The notes beneath the pieces were generated by a model, which searched no databases, was not told the origin of the DNA, and saw nothing but the letters and a program-made list of their open reading frames with translations. Shown here one piece after another: positions 27,015 through 36,509 of a DNA stretch of 64,000 bases (its first letter is position 1; every line of letters begins with the position of its first letter). The position numbers were made by a program, and so were the translations under genes. Source of the DNA: Clostridiales bacterium (GTDB lineage: Bacteria; Bacillota; Clostridia; Oscillospirales; CAG-272); NCBI GenBank assembly GCA_022793655.1, contig JAAWDG010000014.1, forward strand, positions 34,636 to 98,635, written 5' to 3'.

Positions 27015-27954
27015 CGCGCTGTGCGCTAAATGCCGTGCTATGCACGGTCATATGCTGAAAAAGAAAGATTACGAGGCGCTTTCACAAGCGGGCACGATTG
27101 AAGAGGCCGTACAGCTGCTTACGCAAATGCCGCGGTATGCAGAGCTTTTTACAAAACGTGAACCCGTGCCCCGCCGCAGTGCTGTAGAACACCTGCTGCA
27201 CAAACAGTATTTTTCCATGTATGAAAAACTGCTTGTTTTTTCAGAGGGAGCGCAGCGGACTTTTTTCTCTTATTTAATGGAGCGGCACGAGATTGCTTAT
27301 TTAATTCGTGCGGTCCATGCGGTGGGACAAGAACGAAGCGTGCGTTTTTCCGCTGTACCGGAGTATATGAAAGCAAGATCAAAACTCAATTTTGTCGCTT
27401 TTTATGAAGCGGAAAATATGGATGAATTGATCAAAGCGTTAGCGGGTACCGACTATTATGCTGCCGCGCTGCGGTTTCTCTCGGGAACATCCGCTGCGGT
27501 TGACTTATTCGAAAATGCTTTGTATCGGGATTATTATTTGCGTTTATATGAGCAAGGCTGCCGTGTTTTGGAACCCAAAAGCAGACAGGCGGTGCAAAAG
27601 CTATTAGAAAAGCAGATTGACCAGCTGAACCGGCAGCAGGCCCTGCGTATGGCTGAATACCAAATGGAAGCGGATGTTTCTTTGCTGATACCTGTCTATA
27701 CCGATCAGACAAAAGCGGAGCTTGAAGCGGCGATTCGGGGTAAGAATAGCGAAGAGTTTAATCCATTCGAGGAAAAACGCTCTCTTTATGCGTTCTGTAA
27801 GCGGACTGTTTTTGCAGGCGGCAATACCATGGCGGTGCCGTATGCGCTGCTGGCGCTGGCCGAAATGGAGTTAAAGAATTTAACTTATGTGATAGAGGGA
27901 ATCCGTTATCAGGTGGGCAGCGAATTTATTATGAATAAAATTATTACTTCATAA
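27001..27954 (+). CDS. ntpC: V-type ATPase subunit C (V0 d-like)
   Basis: 317-aa helical protein at the usual operon position. The N-terminus YDALCAKCRAMHGHMLKKKDYEAL is typical of bacterial V/A-type subunit C. Confidence 0.7.
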   Translation: MAGYDALCAKCRAMHGHMLKKKDYEALSQAGTIEEAVQLLTQMPRYAELFTKREPVPRRSAVEHLLHKQYFSMYEKLLVFSEGAQRTFFSYLMERHEIAYLIRAVHAVGQERSVRFSAVPEYMKARSKLNFVAFYEAENMDELIKALAGTDYYAAALRFLSGTSAAVDLFENALYRDYYLRLYEQGCRVLEPKSRQAVQKLLEKQIDQLNRQQALRMAEYQMEADVSLLIPVYTDQTKAELEAAIRGKNSEEFNPFEEKRSLYAFCKRTVFAGGNTMAVPYALLALAEMELKNLTYVIEGIRYQVGSEFIMNKIITS

Positions 27955-28094
27955 AGTTTCAGCTATCTTGAAATATAGCGGCTCCGCAACAGGAACGTAC
28001 GATAGGCCGCTAAGCTGAAAGTGCGCTTAAACAAGCGAAAAGGGAAGCGGTAGAATGAGAATTGAGTTAAAGGAACTAAGGGATAAAGCGGATT

Positions 28095-30017
28095 ATGGCA
28101 GTAGTAAAATGTAAACTAATCAAGATCACAGGCGCTGTGGCGCTGCTTGATGATGTATTATGCGCCGCTGTACAGGAAGAGGGCTTTTGCGCAGAGAATG
28201 CCGCCGGTGTTTTGCGCAGTACGACAGGTTATACCACTATTAATGAGGTGAACCCCTATACTTCTTGTATAGAAGAATTGCAGATGATTGCCAAAGGCGC
28301 CGGCGTCAGCCTTTTGGCACCAAATGGACGTGCGCTCCCAGCGGTGCAAGGCAGCTTTGACGATGTAAAAAGATGTATCGAAGAGGAAACGGCTTCAGGC
28401 AGGGTATTGGCAGAAGAGATTGCCCGCACCGAAGAGCGCCTTGGCGACGATGAGAAAATTTTAGCGCAGCTCATGCATATTATCAATATCAATGTGCCGC
28501 TTGACGAGCTCTTTAAATTTCAATATTTCAAGCTGCGCTTTGGTCATATGCCGCTTGAGAATTATAAGGCGCTGTCGCGGTATTCTTCTGAATCAGACGA
28601 TTACTTTTTCTTTGTTTCGTCGATTGAGGGCGATGATGTTTGGGGGCTTTATGTAGTGCTTTCATCGGATGCGGCGCGGGTAGACTCTCTCTTTGAATCG
28701 CTCCTTTTTGAAAGAGTCATTATATCAGGTCGCGCGCACGGCACACCGCGGCAGGCGTATGAACAAATGAAAAGCGACCTTGAGAGTGCCAAACAAGAGT
28801 TAGCTGACTTGAGACGACAGCGGGATGATTATGCAGCTAAAGTGCAGGAGCGGCTGCAAGAATGGTATGCGTATTTATCGCTGATGAATGCGCGCTTTAA
28901 AATGAAAACAAAGGTGCTCTTGTCGGATGACGATCATTTTGTGCTGTATGGCTATGCTTCAGCGAAGGAAGCGCCGCGCATTGCCGCCGATTTGGGTGGA
29001 ATCGAAGGGGTTAGCGTCACTTGTACCGATCCCGCGCCCGATCAGCCAACGCCGCCTCCGACACGGCTCAAAAATCTTTGGTTTTTCCGGCCGTTTGAAG
29101 AATATGTTAAGATGTATGGCCTGCCCAGTTACAATGAGTTAGATCCTACACCATTAGTAGCCCTTTCATATATGTTGTTTTTCGGCATTATGTTTGGTGA
29201 TGTCGGTCAAGGCGCCGTGATTATTTTAGCGGGGCTTTTGATGTGGAAGTTTAAGGGCATGTTTGTCGGACGGATTTTGACTCGGGTGGGCATTACCTCG
29301 ATGGCTTTTGGCTTTTTCTATGGCCCGGTATTTGGCTTTGAGGACCTTTTGCCCTTTGGGTATAAAGTGAACGAAGGCTCCAATATGAACACAGTCTTGA
29401 TCGGTTCGGTTGTTATTGGCGCTGTAATGATCAGTATCTCGATTCTTATGAATATTATCAATGGAATCAGGCAAAAAAATTTGCCTAAGGTATTGTTTTC
29501 CAATAATAGCGTTGCTTCTTTGATTTTTTATTGGTCTTTACTGATTTTGGTGTTGCTCTTTATGAACTTCCTGCCGGCGAAAGCGATGATGCCGATTTTG
29601 ATTGTAATCGTTGTGCTTACCCTGCTCATGATCATGATGAAAGAGCCGCTTGAAGCGCTGTTAAAGCGCCGCAAACGATTGGTGCACAGTTCTTGGTTAG
29701 ATTATCTGTTAGAGAGCTTTTTTGAACTGTTTGAGACGGTGCTTTCGTTTGTCACCAATACCATTTCATACATCCGTTTGGGCGCGTTTGCGCTGAATCA
29801 TGTGGGCATGATGAGCGTGGTATTTCTGTTAGCCGGCAGTGCGTCGGGCAGTCATAATCCTGTTATATTAGTCCTTGGCAACTTGTTTGTTATTGGATTT
29901 GAGGGTATGATTGTGTGCATTCAGGCACTGCGACTCGAGTTTTATGAAATTTTCGGCCGTTTTTACGAGGGGCAGGGCAGAGCTCTTAGTGATGCGGACG
30001 ATACGTGGAAAACATAA
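28095..30017 (+). CDS. ntpI: V-type ATPase subunit I (a-type stator)
   Basis: 640 aa with a soluble N-terminal half and a C-terminal multi-TM half. Contains IRLGAFALNHVG and the conserved arginine region LRLEFYEFF-type (LRLEFYEIFGRFYEG). Confidence 0.85.
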   Translation: MAVVKCKLIKITGAVALLDDVLCAAVQEEGFCAENAAGVLRSTTGYTTINEVNPYTSCIEELQMIAKGAGVSLLAPNGRALPAVQGSFDDVKRCIEEETASGRVLAEEIARTEERLGDDEKILAQLMHIININVPLDELFKFQYFKLRFGHMPLENYKALSRYSSESDDYFFFVSSIEGDDVWGLYVVLSSDAARVDSLFESLLFERVIISGRAHGTPRQAYEQMKSDLESAKQELADLRRQRDDYAAKVQERLQEWYAYLSLMNARFKMKTKVLLSDDDHFVLYGYASAKEAPRIAADLGGIEGVSVTCTDPAPDQPTPPPTRLKNLWFFRPFEEYVKMYGLPSYNELDPTPLVALSYMLFFGIMFGDVGQGAVIILAGLLMWKFKGMFVGRILTRVGITSMAFGFFYGPVFGFEDLLPFGYKVNEGSNMNTVLIGSVVIGAVMISISILMNIINGIRQKNLPKVLFSNNSVASLIFYWSLLILVLLFMNFLPAKAMMPILIVIVVLTLLMIMMKEPLEALLKRRKRLVHSSWLDYLLESFFELFETVLSFVTNTISYIRLGAFALNHVGMMSVVFLLAGSASGSHNPVILVLGNLFVIGFEGMIVCIQALRLEFYEIFGRFYEGQGRALSDADDTWKT

Positions 30018-30044
30018 AAAAACATTCATCAAAAAGACGGATGA

Positions 30045-30506
30045 ATGATGCAAAAAGATAGGAAAGGCTTGGTATTGATTATGTTGTATGTTTTATTCAT
30101 TATGTTGTTTGCAGGAGCACTTTTACCGCTTGCTTTAGCAGGAACTGGCGTGATCAAAAGAAAAAAAGTGGCGCTTTATGTTAACGTGTTCTCTATGATA
30201 TTTGTGTGTGTGCTAATGTTTGCGCTTGGTGTTTCAGCCGCTTCGCCGGCAGAGGAAGGCGCTGTGGAGGCGGCCACCACCCAGGCGAGCATGGGTTATG
30301 GTCTTGGCCTTTTGGCGGCGGGCCTGGTTACAGGACTTTCTTGTATCGGCGCTGGTATTGCTGTGTCGGCTTCGGCCTCGGCTGCCATTGGCGCGCTGAG
30401 CGAAAAGCCAGAGATCTTTGGTAAAGCGCTGATCTTTGTTGCGCTCGCCGAAGGTGTTGCCTTGTACGGCATGCTCATTTCCATTCAGATTTTGTCCAAA
30501 CTATAA
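30045..30506 (+). CDS. ntpK: V-type ATPase proteolipid subunit K (start uncertain)
   Basis: The C-terminal ~70 aa form a c-subunit hairpin (GLGLLAAGLVTGLSCIGAGIAV... / ALIFVALAEGVALYGMLI) with the carboxylate Glu. The N-terminal 80 aa are hydrophobic but not c-like. Confidence 0.7.
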   Translation: MMQKDRKGLVLIMLYVLFIMLFAGALLPLALAGTGVIKRKKVALYVNVFSMIFVCVLMFALGVSAASPAEEGAVEAATTQASMGYGLGLLAAGLVTGLSCIGAGIAVSASASAAIGALSEKPEIFGKALIFVALAEGVALYGMLISIQILSKL

Positions 30507-30536
30507 GTTTGTACTGTAAGTTTTAACAGGTGTTCT

Positions 30537-30848
30537 ATGAAAATGTATTTGATTTCCGACAATACCGAAACCTATGAAGGCATGCGTTTGGCCGGGGTGG
30601 AAGGAATTGTTGTGCATGACGGCGCCAGTGTAGTCAATACACTCAAAAACACAGCGGCTCGCGAGGGATACGGCATTATTTTGATCACCGAAAAGGCATA
30701 TTCTTATGCGTCGGAAGAGATTGATCAGTTTATGGCGACTCATACAAGACCGCTGATTACACGGATTCCCGACCGGCATGGCAGCGTGAGTAAATCGGAG
30801 TCTATCACCGATTTCATTAAAAATGGCATAGGACTTGATTTAGGGTAA
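30537..30848 (+). CDS. ntpF: V-type ATPase subunit F
   Basis: 103 aa. MKMYLISDNTETYEGMRLAGVEGIVV...ILITEKAY matches the subunit F pattern. Confidence 0.75.
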   Translation: MKMYLISDNTETYEGMRLAGVEGIVVHDGASVVNTLKNTAAREGYGIILITEKAYSYASEEIDQFMATHTRPLITRIPDRHGSVSKSESITDFIKNGIGLDLG

Positions 30849-30917
30849 AAAACGGCATGAGCCGGATTGGTTCCAAATCTGGAATGGTTAAGGAGAACGC
30901 GGAAAGGATGGTGTGGT

Positions 30918-31526
30918 ATGCCGTTACAAGAACAGGAGAAGCTGCAAGCCTTTTCTGAAAAAGTGATAGGCGAGGCAAATAAAGAGGCCTCTGCCATGGC
31001 AGAGGAAACATATCAGCACAAAAAAGAGTCAGTAGCAGCGGGCAAGGCCAAAATAGCGGCCCGCGTCAAAGCGAAATATGCGCTGAAACTTAAAAAGATT
31101 TTAGATGAGCATTCATTTGCTTTATCCACCGCTACGCTTGAAAAAAACAAAGAATATTTAGCGAAGCGAGATGAGATAACCGAGCGGGTGCTGCAGGGGG
31201 TCCGCCATAAGGTGGAATTATTTGTGCAGAGCGAGCAGTATTTGCCGTATTTAGAAGGACTTTGCCGACAGGTTGGCGAGATTGTGAAAGAACGTTTTAT
31301 CGTCAGCTTATCAGCACAGGATATGAAGTATAAAGAAAAGGTGAAAACGGCCGCCGGTGCGCTTTGTGCTGATGTGGTGCAGGACGATGAAGCTTTTATG
31401 GGCGGCGCGCGTTTTTACGCCGAGTCAGGCGGCATTGTCATTAACGAAACATTAGACGAGAATTTGGAACATTGCCGTGATGATTTAATGGTCTTAATGG
31501 GCAAATATTTAAGGGCAGCCGACTAA
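30918..31526 (+). CDS. ntpE: V-type ATPase subunit E
   Basis: Charged coiled-coil N-terminus (EKLQAFSEKVIGEANKEASAMAEE...) plus a globular C-terminus. ATG 30918 follows GGAAAGGA. Confidence 0.7.
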   Translation: MPLQEQEKLQAFSEKVIGEANKEASAMAEETYQHKKESVAAGKAKIAARVKAKYALKLKKILDEHSFALSTATLEKNKEYLAKRDEITERVLQGVRHKVELFVQSEQYLPYLEGLCRQVGEIVKERFIVSLSAQDMKYKEKVKTAAGALCADVVQDDEAFMGGARFYAESGGIVINETLDENLEHCRDDLMVLMGKYLRAAD

Positions 31527-31630
31527 GGTTTGTCTATTGTGATACAAAACAAGCGGTCGATTGCAAGCGAAAGATTTTTGGACAATTAACCATAGTTAAA
31601 ATTGCCCTTCAATTTTAATTGAAGGGAGAA

Positions 31631-33427
31631 ATGACCGCAGGAAAGGCGTATATTTGCATGGCAGAAAAATTGTTGATAAAAGGCATCAATGGTCCGGTTG
31701 TTACCGTACCAGGTCAAACCGACCTGTCGATGATGGAAATGGTCTATGTAGGGAATAACCATTTGATTGGCGAGGTTATTGGTATTACCGATACAGCCGC
31801 CACAATCCAGGTTTATGAAAATACAACGTCGCTGCAGCCGGGCGAGCCGGTGGAACGAACTGGCTATCCAATGCGCTGTATGCTGGCCCCGGGTCTGCTC
31901 ACCGGTATTTTTGACGGCATTGGCCGGCCTTTGAATAAAATTGAAGAAATGACCGGCGCTTTTATCGGCGCCGGCGCCAACGTACCCACGGTCGACACCG
32001 AGAAAACATGGCCGATGACCATGAAAGTGGCAGTCGGAGAGCAGGTGGAGGCCGGCACTTTGTTTGCCGTTACGATGGAAACCCAGTCGATTGAGCATCG
32101 TATGCTGGTGCCTGCCGGTGTTGCGGGCAGGGTCACGTGGGTTGCCCCAGATGGCGAATATACGGTAGAAGCGCCTTTGGTGAAGATACAAACAAACGGC
32201 GCCGAGATTACATTAAACGGCGTGACCTATCATCCGATTCGTAAGCCGAGACCTGTTAAAGAGCGAGTGGCGGCGACCGAGCCGCTCATCACCGGCCAGC
32301 GGGTGATTGATACCATGTTTCCCATTGCCAAAGGGGGCGCGGCGGCTATTCCGGGCGGCTTTGGCACTGGCAAGACCATGCTGCAGCATCAGTTTGCCAA
32401 ATGGAGCGCAGCGGATATTATTGTATATGTCGGGTGCGGCGAACGGGGCAACGAGATGACCCAGGTGCTCACCGAGTTTTCCGAACTGATTGACCCTAAA
32501 ACCGGACGCAGTATGTTAGAGCGAACCATTTTAATTGCCAATACATCTAATATGCCGGTGGCGGCCAGAGAGGCCTCCATTTACACCGGTGTGACAATTG
32601 CGGAGTATTATCGGGATATGGGCTATGATGTGGCGCTCATGGCTGACTCGACCTCTCGCTGGGCCGAGGCGCTGCGAGAAATTTCGGGCCGGTTAGAGGA
32701 AATGCCGGCTGAAGAAGGCTATCCGGCTTATCTGCCCTCCAGGCTTTCTGCCTTTTATGAAAGAGCCGGTTCGGTTAAAACGCTTTCGGGCGAGAACGGT
32801 TCGGTTTCAATTATCGGGGCGGTTTCGCCGCAGGGCAATGATTTTTCAGAACCGGTCACCCAAAATACCAAGCGTTTTATTCGCTGCTATTGGGCGCTTG
32901 AAAAGTCGCTGGCGTATGCCAGACATTATCCGGCCGTCAACTGGATTCAGTCATACAGCGAATATCAGCTTGAGCTGGCCGATTGGTTTGATTCCAATGT
33001 GGCGTCGGATTTTACCTCGCTGCGAGTTCGCATGGGGGCGATTCTGCAAGAAGAAGACCGGCTCATGGAAATTGTCAAGCTGATTGGCAGCGATTTATTA
33101 GCCAATGACCAAAAACTGACGTTGGCCATTGCCAAATGCATACGTGTTGGCTTTTTGCAGCAGAATGCGTTTATCCCGCAGGACGCGTATGTTTCGTTAG
33201 ATAAGCAATACCGAATGATGAAAATTATGCTGATGACCTATGATAAGGCAAAAGAATTGGTCTTGCGCCAGATTCCTGTTTCGGTGATGGAAAAATCAGG
33301 TGTATTTGAAATACTGACCAAGTTAAGGTATCATTTGGCCGATGTTGAACCAGGCGGGGAAGACCCCGTTTGGCAGGAGATTGAGCAGAACCTTACGAGT
33401 ATTCTTGCCACCTATGCGGAGAAATAG
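31631..33427 (+). CDS. ntpA: V-type ATPase catalytic subunit A
   Basis: Walker A GGFGTGKT, CGERGNEM and SRWAEALREISGRLEEMP motifs. The start is ambiguous (31631 or 31658). Confidence 0.9.
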   Translation: MTAGKAYICMAEKLLIKGINGPVVTVPGQTDLSMMEMVYVGNNHLIGEVIGITDTAATIQVYENTTSLQPGEPVERTGYPMRCMLAPGLLTGIFDGIGRPLNKIEEMTGAFIGAGANVPTVDTEKTWPMTMKVAVGEQVEAGTLFAVTMETQSIEHRMLVPAGVAGRVTWVAPDGEYTVEAPLVKIQTNGAEITLNGVTYHPIRKPRPVKERVAATEPLITGQRVIDTMFPIAKGGAAAIPGGFGTGKTMLQHQFAKWSAADIIVYVGCGERGNEMTQVLTEFSELIDPKTGRSMLERTILIANTSNMPVAAREASIYTGVTIAEYYRDMGYDVALMADSTSRWAEALREISGRLEEMPAEEGYPAYLPSRLSAFYERAGSVKTLSGENGSVSIIGAVSPQGNDFSEPVTQNTKRFIRCYWALEKSLAYARHYPAVNWIQSYSEYQLELADWFDSNVASDFTSLRVRMGAILQEEDRLMEIVKLIGSDLLANDQKLTLAIAKCIRVGFLQQNAFIPQDAYVSLDKQYRMMKIMLMTYDKAKELVLRQIPVSVMEKSGVFEILTKLRYHLADVEPGGEDPVWQEIEQNLTSILATYAEK

Positions 33428-33429
33428 TT

Positions 33430-34791
33430 TTGAATATAGAATTTGTAGGATTAAGAGAAATTAACGGTCCGCTGATCGTTCTTGACGGCGTTAAAGGAGC
33501 GGGCTATGATGAACTGGTAAAAATCAAAACGGCAAGCGGCAGCCGACTTGGCAAAATTATCCGAATTGATGGAGAGCGGGTGGTTGTGCAGGTTTTTGAG
33601 GGAACCGATGGTCTGTCGCTGCACAATACCCATACCATGCTGACGGGCAAGCCCATGGAGCTGGCCCTTTCAAGGAGCATGTTGGGGCGTATTTTTGACG
33701 GCATCGGCCGGCCGATTGACGGATATCACGATATATATCCGGAAAAGAAAATGGATATTAACGGGTTGGCCATCAACCCGGTGTCCAGAGAATATCCGCA
33801 CGATTATATCAGTACCGGCATTTCGTCGATTGACGCGCTTGTCACGCTGATCAAAGGACAAAAACTACCGATTTTTTCAGGACCGGGCCTGCCCCATAAC
33901 GAGCTTGCCGTTCAAATCGCCAGACAGGCGAATATCCGAGGCGGCGATTACTGCATTGTTTTTGCCGCTATGGGGGTTAAAAATGACGTGGCCGATTATT
34001 TTAAGCGTTCTTTTGAGCAAACGGGCGCGCTTTCGCGTACGGTTATGTTTTTGAATTTGGCAAGCGACCCGATTACCGAGCGTATTACCACACCGCGTTG
34101 TGCGTTGACCGCCGCTGAATATCTGGCTTTTGAAAAGGGTATGGACGTGCTGGTGATCATGACCGATATGACGTCGTATGCAGAGGCGCTGCGTGAGGTT
34201 TCATCGGCGATGGAGGAGATTCCGGGACGAAAAGGATACCCTGGTTATTTGTATTCGGAATTTGCTTCTTTGTATGAAAGAGCCGGCAAAATTAAAAACC
34301 GAAAGGGCTCGGTCACGCAAATTCCTATTTTGACTATGCCGAATGATGATATTAACCATCCGGTGCCCGATCTCACCGGCTATATTACCGAGGGGCAGAT
34401 TGTGCTTGATCGGACGCTGGACCGTCAGGGCGTTTATCCGCCGGTTTCGGTGCTGGCCTCTCTTTCTCGTTTAATGAAAGACGGTATTGGTAAGGGATAT
34501 ACAAGAGAAGATCATCAGGCCCTTTCTAACCAGATTTATGCTTCTTATGCGAAAGTGAGCGAAGCCCGCTCCCTTGCCAGCGTTATTGGCGAGGAGGATC
34601 TTTCCGAGACAGATAAGCAGTACCTGCAATTCGGACGTTTATTTGAAGAAACGTTTTTGAGCCAGAAATGGACCGAGTCCCGTGATATGGAACAAACGCT
34701 TGATTTAGGGTGGAAACTGCTAAGCAGATTGCCAAGAGAAACGCTGGACCGGGTGGATGATGACATGTTAGACAGGTATTATCAGGGATAA
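33430..34791 (+). CDS. ntpB: V-type ATPase subunit B
   Basis: TTG start. TDMTSYAEALREVS, RKGYPGYLYS and PILTMPNDDINHPVPDLTGYITEGQI motifs. Confidence 0.9.
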   Translation: MNIEFVGLREINGPLIVLDGVKGAGYDELVKIKTASGSRLGKIIRIDGERVVVQVFEGTDGLSLHNTHTMLTGKPMELALSRSMLGRIFDGIGRPIDGYHDIYPEKKMDINGLAINPVSREYPHDYISTGISSIDALVTLIKGQKLPIFSGPGLPHNELAVQIARQANIRGGDYCIVFAAMGVKNDVADYFKRSFEQTGALSRTVMFLNLASDPITERITTPRCALTAAEYLAFEKGMDVLVIMTDMTSYAEALREVSSAMEEIPGRKGYPGYLYSEFASLYERAGKIKNRKGSVTQIPILTMPNDDINHPVPDLTGYITEGQIVLDRTLDRQGVYPPVSVLASLSRLMKDGIGKGYTREDHQALSNQIYASYAKVSEARSLASVIGEEDLSETDKQYLQFGRLFEETFLSQKWTESRDMEQTLDLGWKLLSRLPRETLDRVDDDMLDRYYQG

Positions 34792-34894
34792 ACCAAACGG
34801 AAAAGACGTTAGGGCTTGCCAACACCAATTTGTGTATAGCAGTTGATGATACAAACCTGCAAATAGATTGGCAGCGGCAGAAATGGAGAATACG

Positions 34895-35509
34895 ATGCAA
34901 GTTTTTCCGACAAAAAGTAATTTAATTCAAACGAAAAAATCGCTCGCCCTTGCTTCTTTAGGCTATGATTTGTTGGACCGTAAGCGCACGATTATGCTTA
35001 AAGAGATGATGAGCATGATTGCCAAGGCAGAAGGGGTGCAGACAAAAATCAGCGAGACGTATGTAGAAGCGTATCGCGCGCTGATGCGGGCCAATATGGC
35101 CGGTGGACAGCGAACGGTCATGCGACTCGCCAAAAATGTAACCGAGAAAGACGATGTGCGTATTCTTTACCGCAGTGTCATGGGGGTTGAGGTGCCCGAG
35201 GTAACTCTTACTAAGAGCGAAACCAGGCCGCCGTTTGGCTTGTATGATACCGATTCGTCTTTGGATGAGGCATATAAATGTTTTTGCCAGGTCAAGGAAT
35301 TGACCGTGGAAATGGCCGAGATTGAAAGCGGCGCTTATCGGCTGGCGGCTGCCATTAAACAAACCCGCAAGCGCGCCAACGCGTTAAAAAATATAGTGAT
35401 TCCGGGTCTTGAGGATACGATTAAATTCATCAGCGATTATTTAGAGGAAAAAGAGAGAGAGGAATTTACCGCACAAAAGGTGGTAAAAAACAAGAAACAT
35501 GCCGATTAA
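34895..35509 (+). CDS. ntpD: V-type ATPase subunit D
   Basis: MQVFPTKSNLIQTKKSLALASLGYDLLDRKR is the canonical subunit D N-terminus. GGAG lies 6 nt upstream. Confidence 0.85.
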   Translation: MQVFPTKSNLIQTKKSLALASLGYDLLDRKRTIMLKEMMSMIAKAEGVQTKISETYVEAYRALMRANMAGGQRTVMRLAKNVTEKDDVRILYRSVMGVEVPEVTLTKSETRPPFGLYDTDSSLDEAYKCFCQVKELTVEMAEIESGAYRLAAAIKQTRKRANALKNIVIPGLEDTIKFISDYLEEKEREEFTAQKVVKNKKHAD

Positions 35510-36260
35510 GTGCGACACACATCTGCACACTTCGCTCAGTGTGCATGCAGTGGGGAGCGTGCATGATTTAGCCTTGGCTGCTAAAAATCAGGGATTAGAA
35601 GCGATTGTTGTGACTGACCATTGTTCCTTGCAAATGTGCCATTTTGAACAGTCAGTCGATGTATTGCTGGCCCAGCAGCTGCCTCGCTTTGATGAGGGGG
35701 TGCGGATTTTCCGCGGCGCGGAGATTGATATTGTCGATTATAAGGGCCACTTGTGTTTTTATAATATCCCTTATGATGCAGAGCAATCGGCACTGGACCG
35801 ACTGCTTGATACCTTAGAGGTGGTGATTGCCAGTCCCCATTATCCGCCCGAAGATCGGCGGGGCTCCTATGAAGAGGTCACCGAGATGTTTTTGCATTTG
35901 ATTGCGCACCCCAAGGTGACGATTTTGGGTCACCCTGAACGAATCGGCACCGATTTTGATTTGACGGCCGTGACTTTGGCGGCCGCCCAGAATGGGACCT
36001 TTTTGGAGTGCAATCATACCAGCCTGCAAAGGAACTATCGCGAACAGATCAAGAAAATGCTCCAGTTTTGCAAGCTGTTCGGCACATCGATTGTGGTGGG
36101 TAGTGATAGTCATGATCCGCAGTATGTAGGCCGGTTTGATGAGGCCTATCGCTTGTTAAGGGAAGTTGATTTTCCAGAGGAACTCATCGCCAATCGAACA
36201 AGAGCCGATTTTGAAAGGGCGCTGGCGCTGCAAAAACAGTGCAAAGAAGCACGAAAATAG
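35499..36260 (+). CDS. PHP-domain phosphoesterase (YcdX-like)
   Basis: CDTHLHTSLSVHA...VVTDH...GHPE...GSDSHD metal-ligand motifs. Overlaps the ntpD stop by 11 nt. Confidence 0.75.
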   Translation: MPIKCDTHLHTSLSVHAVGSVHDLALAAKNQGLEAIVVTDHCSLQMCHFEQSVDVLLAQQLPRFDEGVRIFRGAEIDIVDYKGHLCFYNIPYDAEQSALDRLLDTLEVVIASPHYPPEDRRGSYEEVTEMFLHLIAHPKVTILGHPERIGTDFDLTAVTLAAAQNGTFLECNHTSLQRNYREQIKKMLQFCKLFGTSIVVGSDSHDPQYVGRFDEAYRLLREVDFPEELIANRTRADFERALALQKQCKEARK

Positions 36261-36412
36261 AGATTTTTTGCATGCTAACAATGGGGTAAGAGATGAGTGA
36301 ATATGCTGTTATTGCCGCTGGAGCAGTGCCAGGAGACATAATATGTTTTATCAGCGATGATAAATATTTTCTAAATAATACCGTTCTGAAATGAGAGAAA
36401 TTTTGATGTTTA

Positions 36413-36441
36413 TTGTCAAAGAAAGAAATGTGTGTTATTAT
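36413..36441 (+). promoter_or_regulatory. sigma-A type promoter upstream of the SPFH gene
   Basis: TTGTCA (36413-36418), 17-nt spacer, TGtTATTAT (36433-36441). Confidence 0.4.
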
Positions 36442-36442
36442 A

Positions 36443-36509
36443 TAAGAAACCAGCAGGTGTCTTACAAAGTTTATCTTTTGCTATAAGGATTGAAATAGAT
36501 AAAAGAACA
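36443..36509 (+). repeat. degenerate unit of the structured repeat family in the SPFH-gene leader
   Basis: TAAGAAACC-agca-GGTGTCTTA (36443-36464), then CAAAGTTTATCTTTTGC. About 40 nt are nearly identical to the asnS leader copy (13273-13313). Confidence 0.45.

Noticed and set aside
36293-36394. 33-codon ORF (MSEYAVIAAGAVPGDIICFISDDKYFLNNTVLK) after the PHP gene.
   Set aside because: The purine-rich stretch abuts the ATG with no proper spacer, there is no promoter, and I have no way to assess conservation. It is too weak to call.
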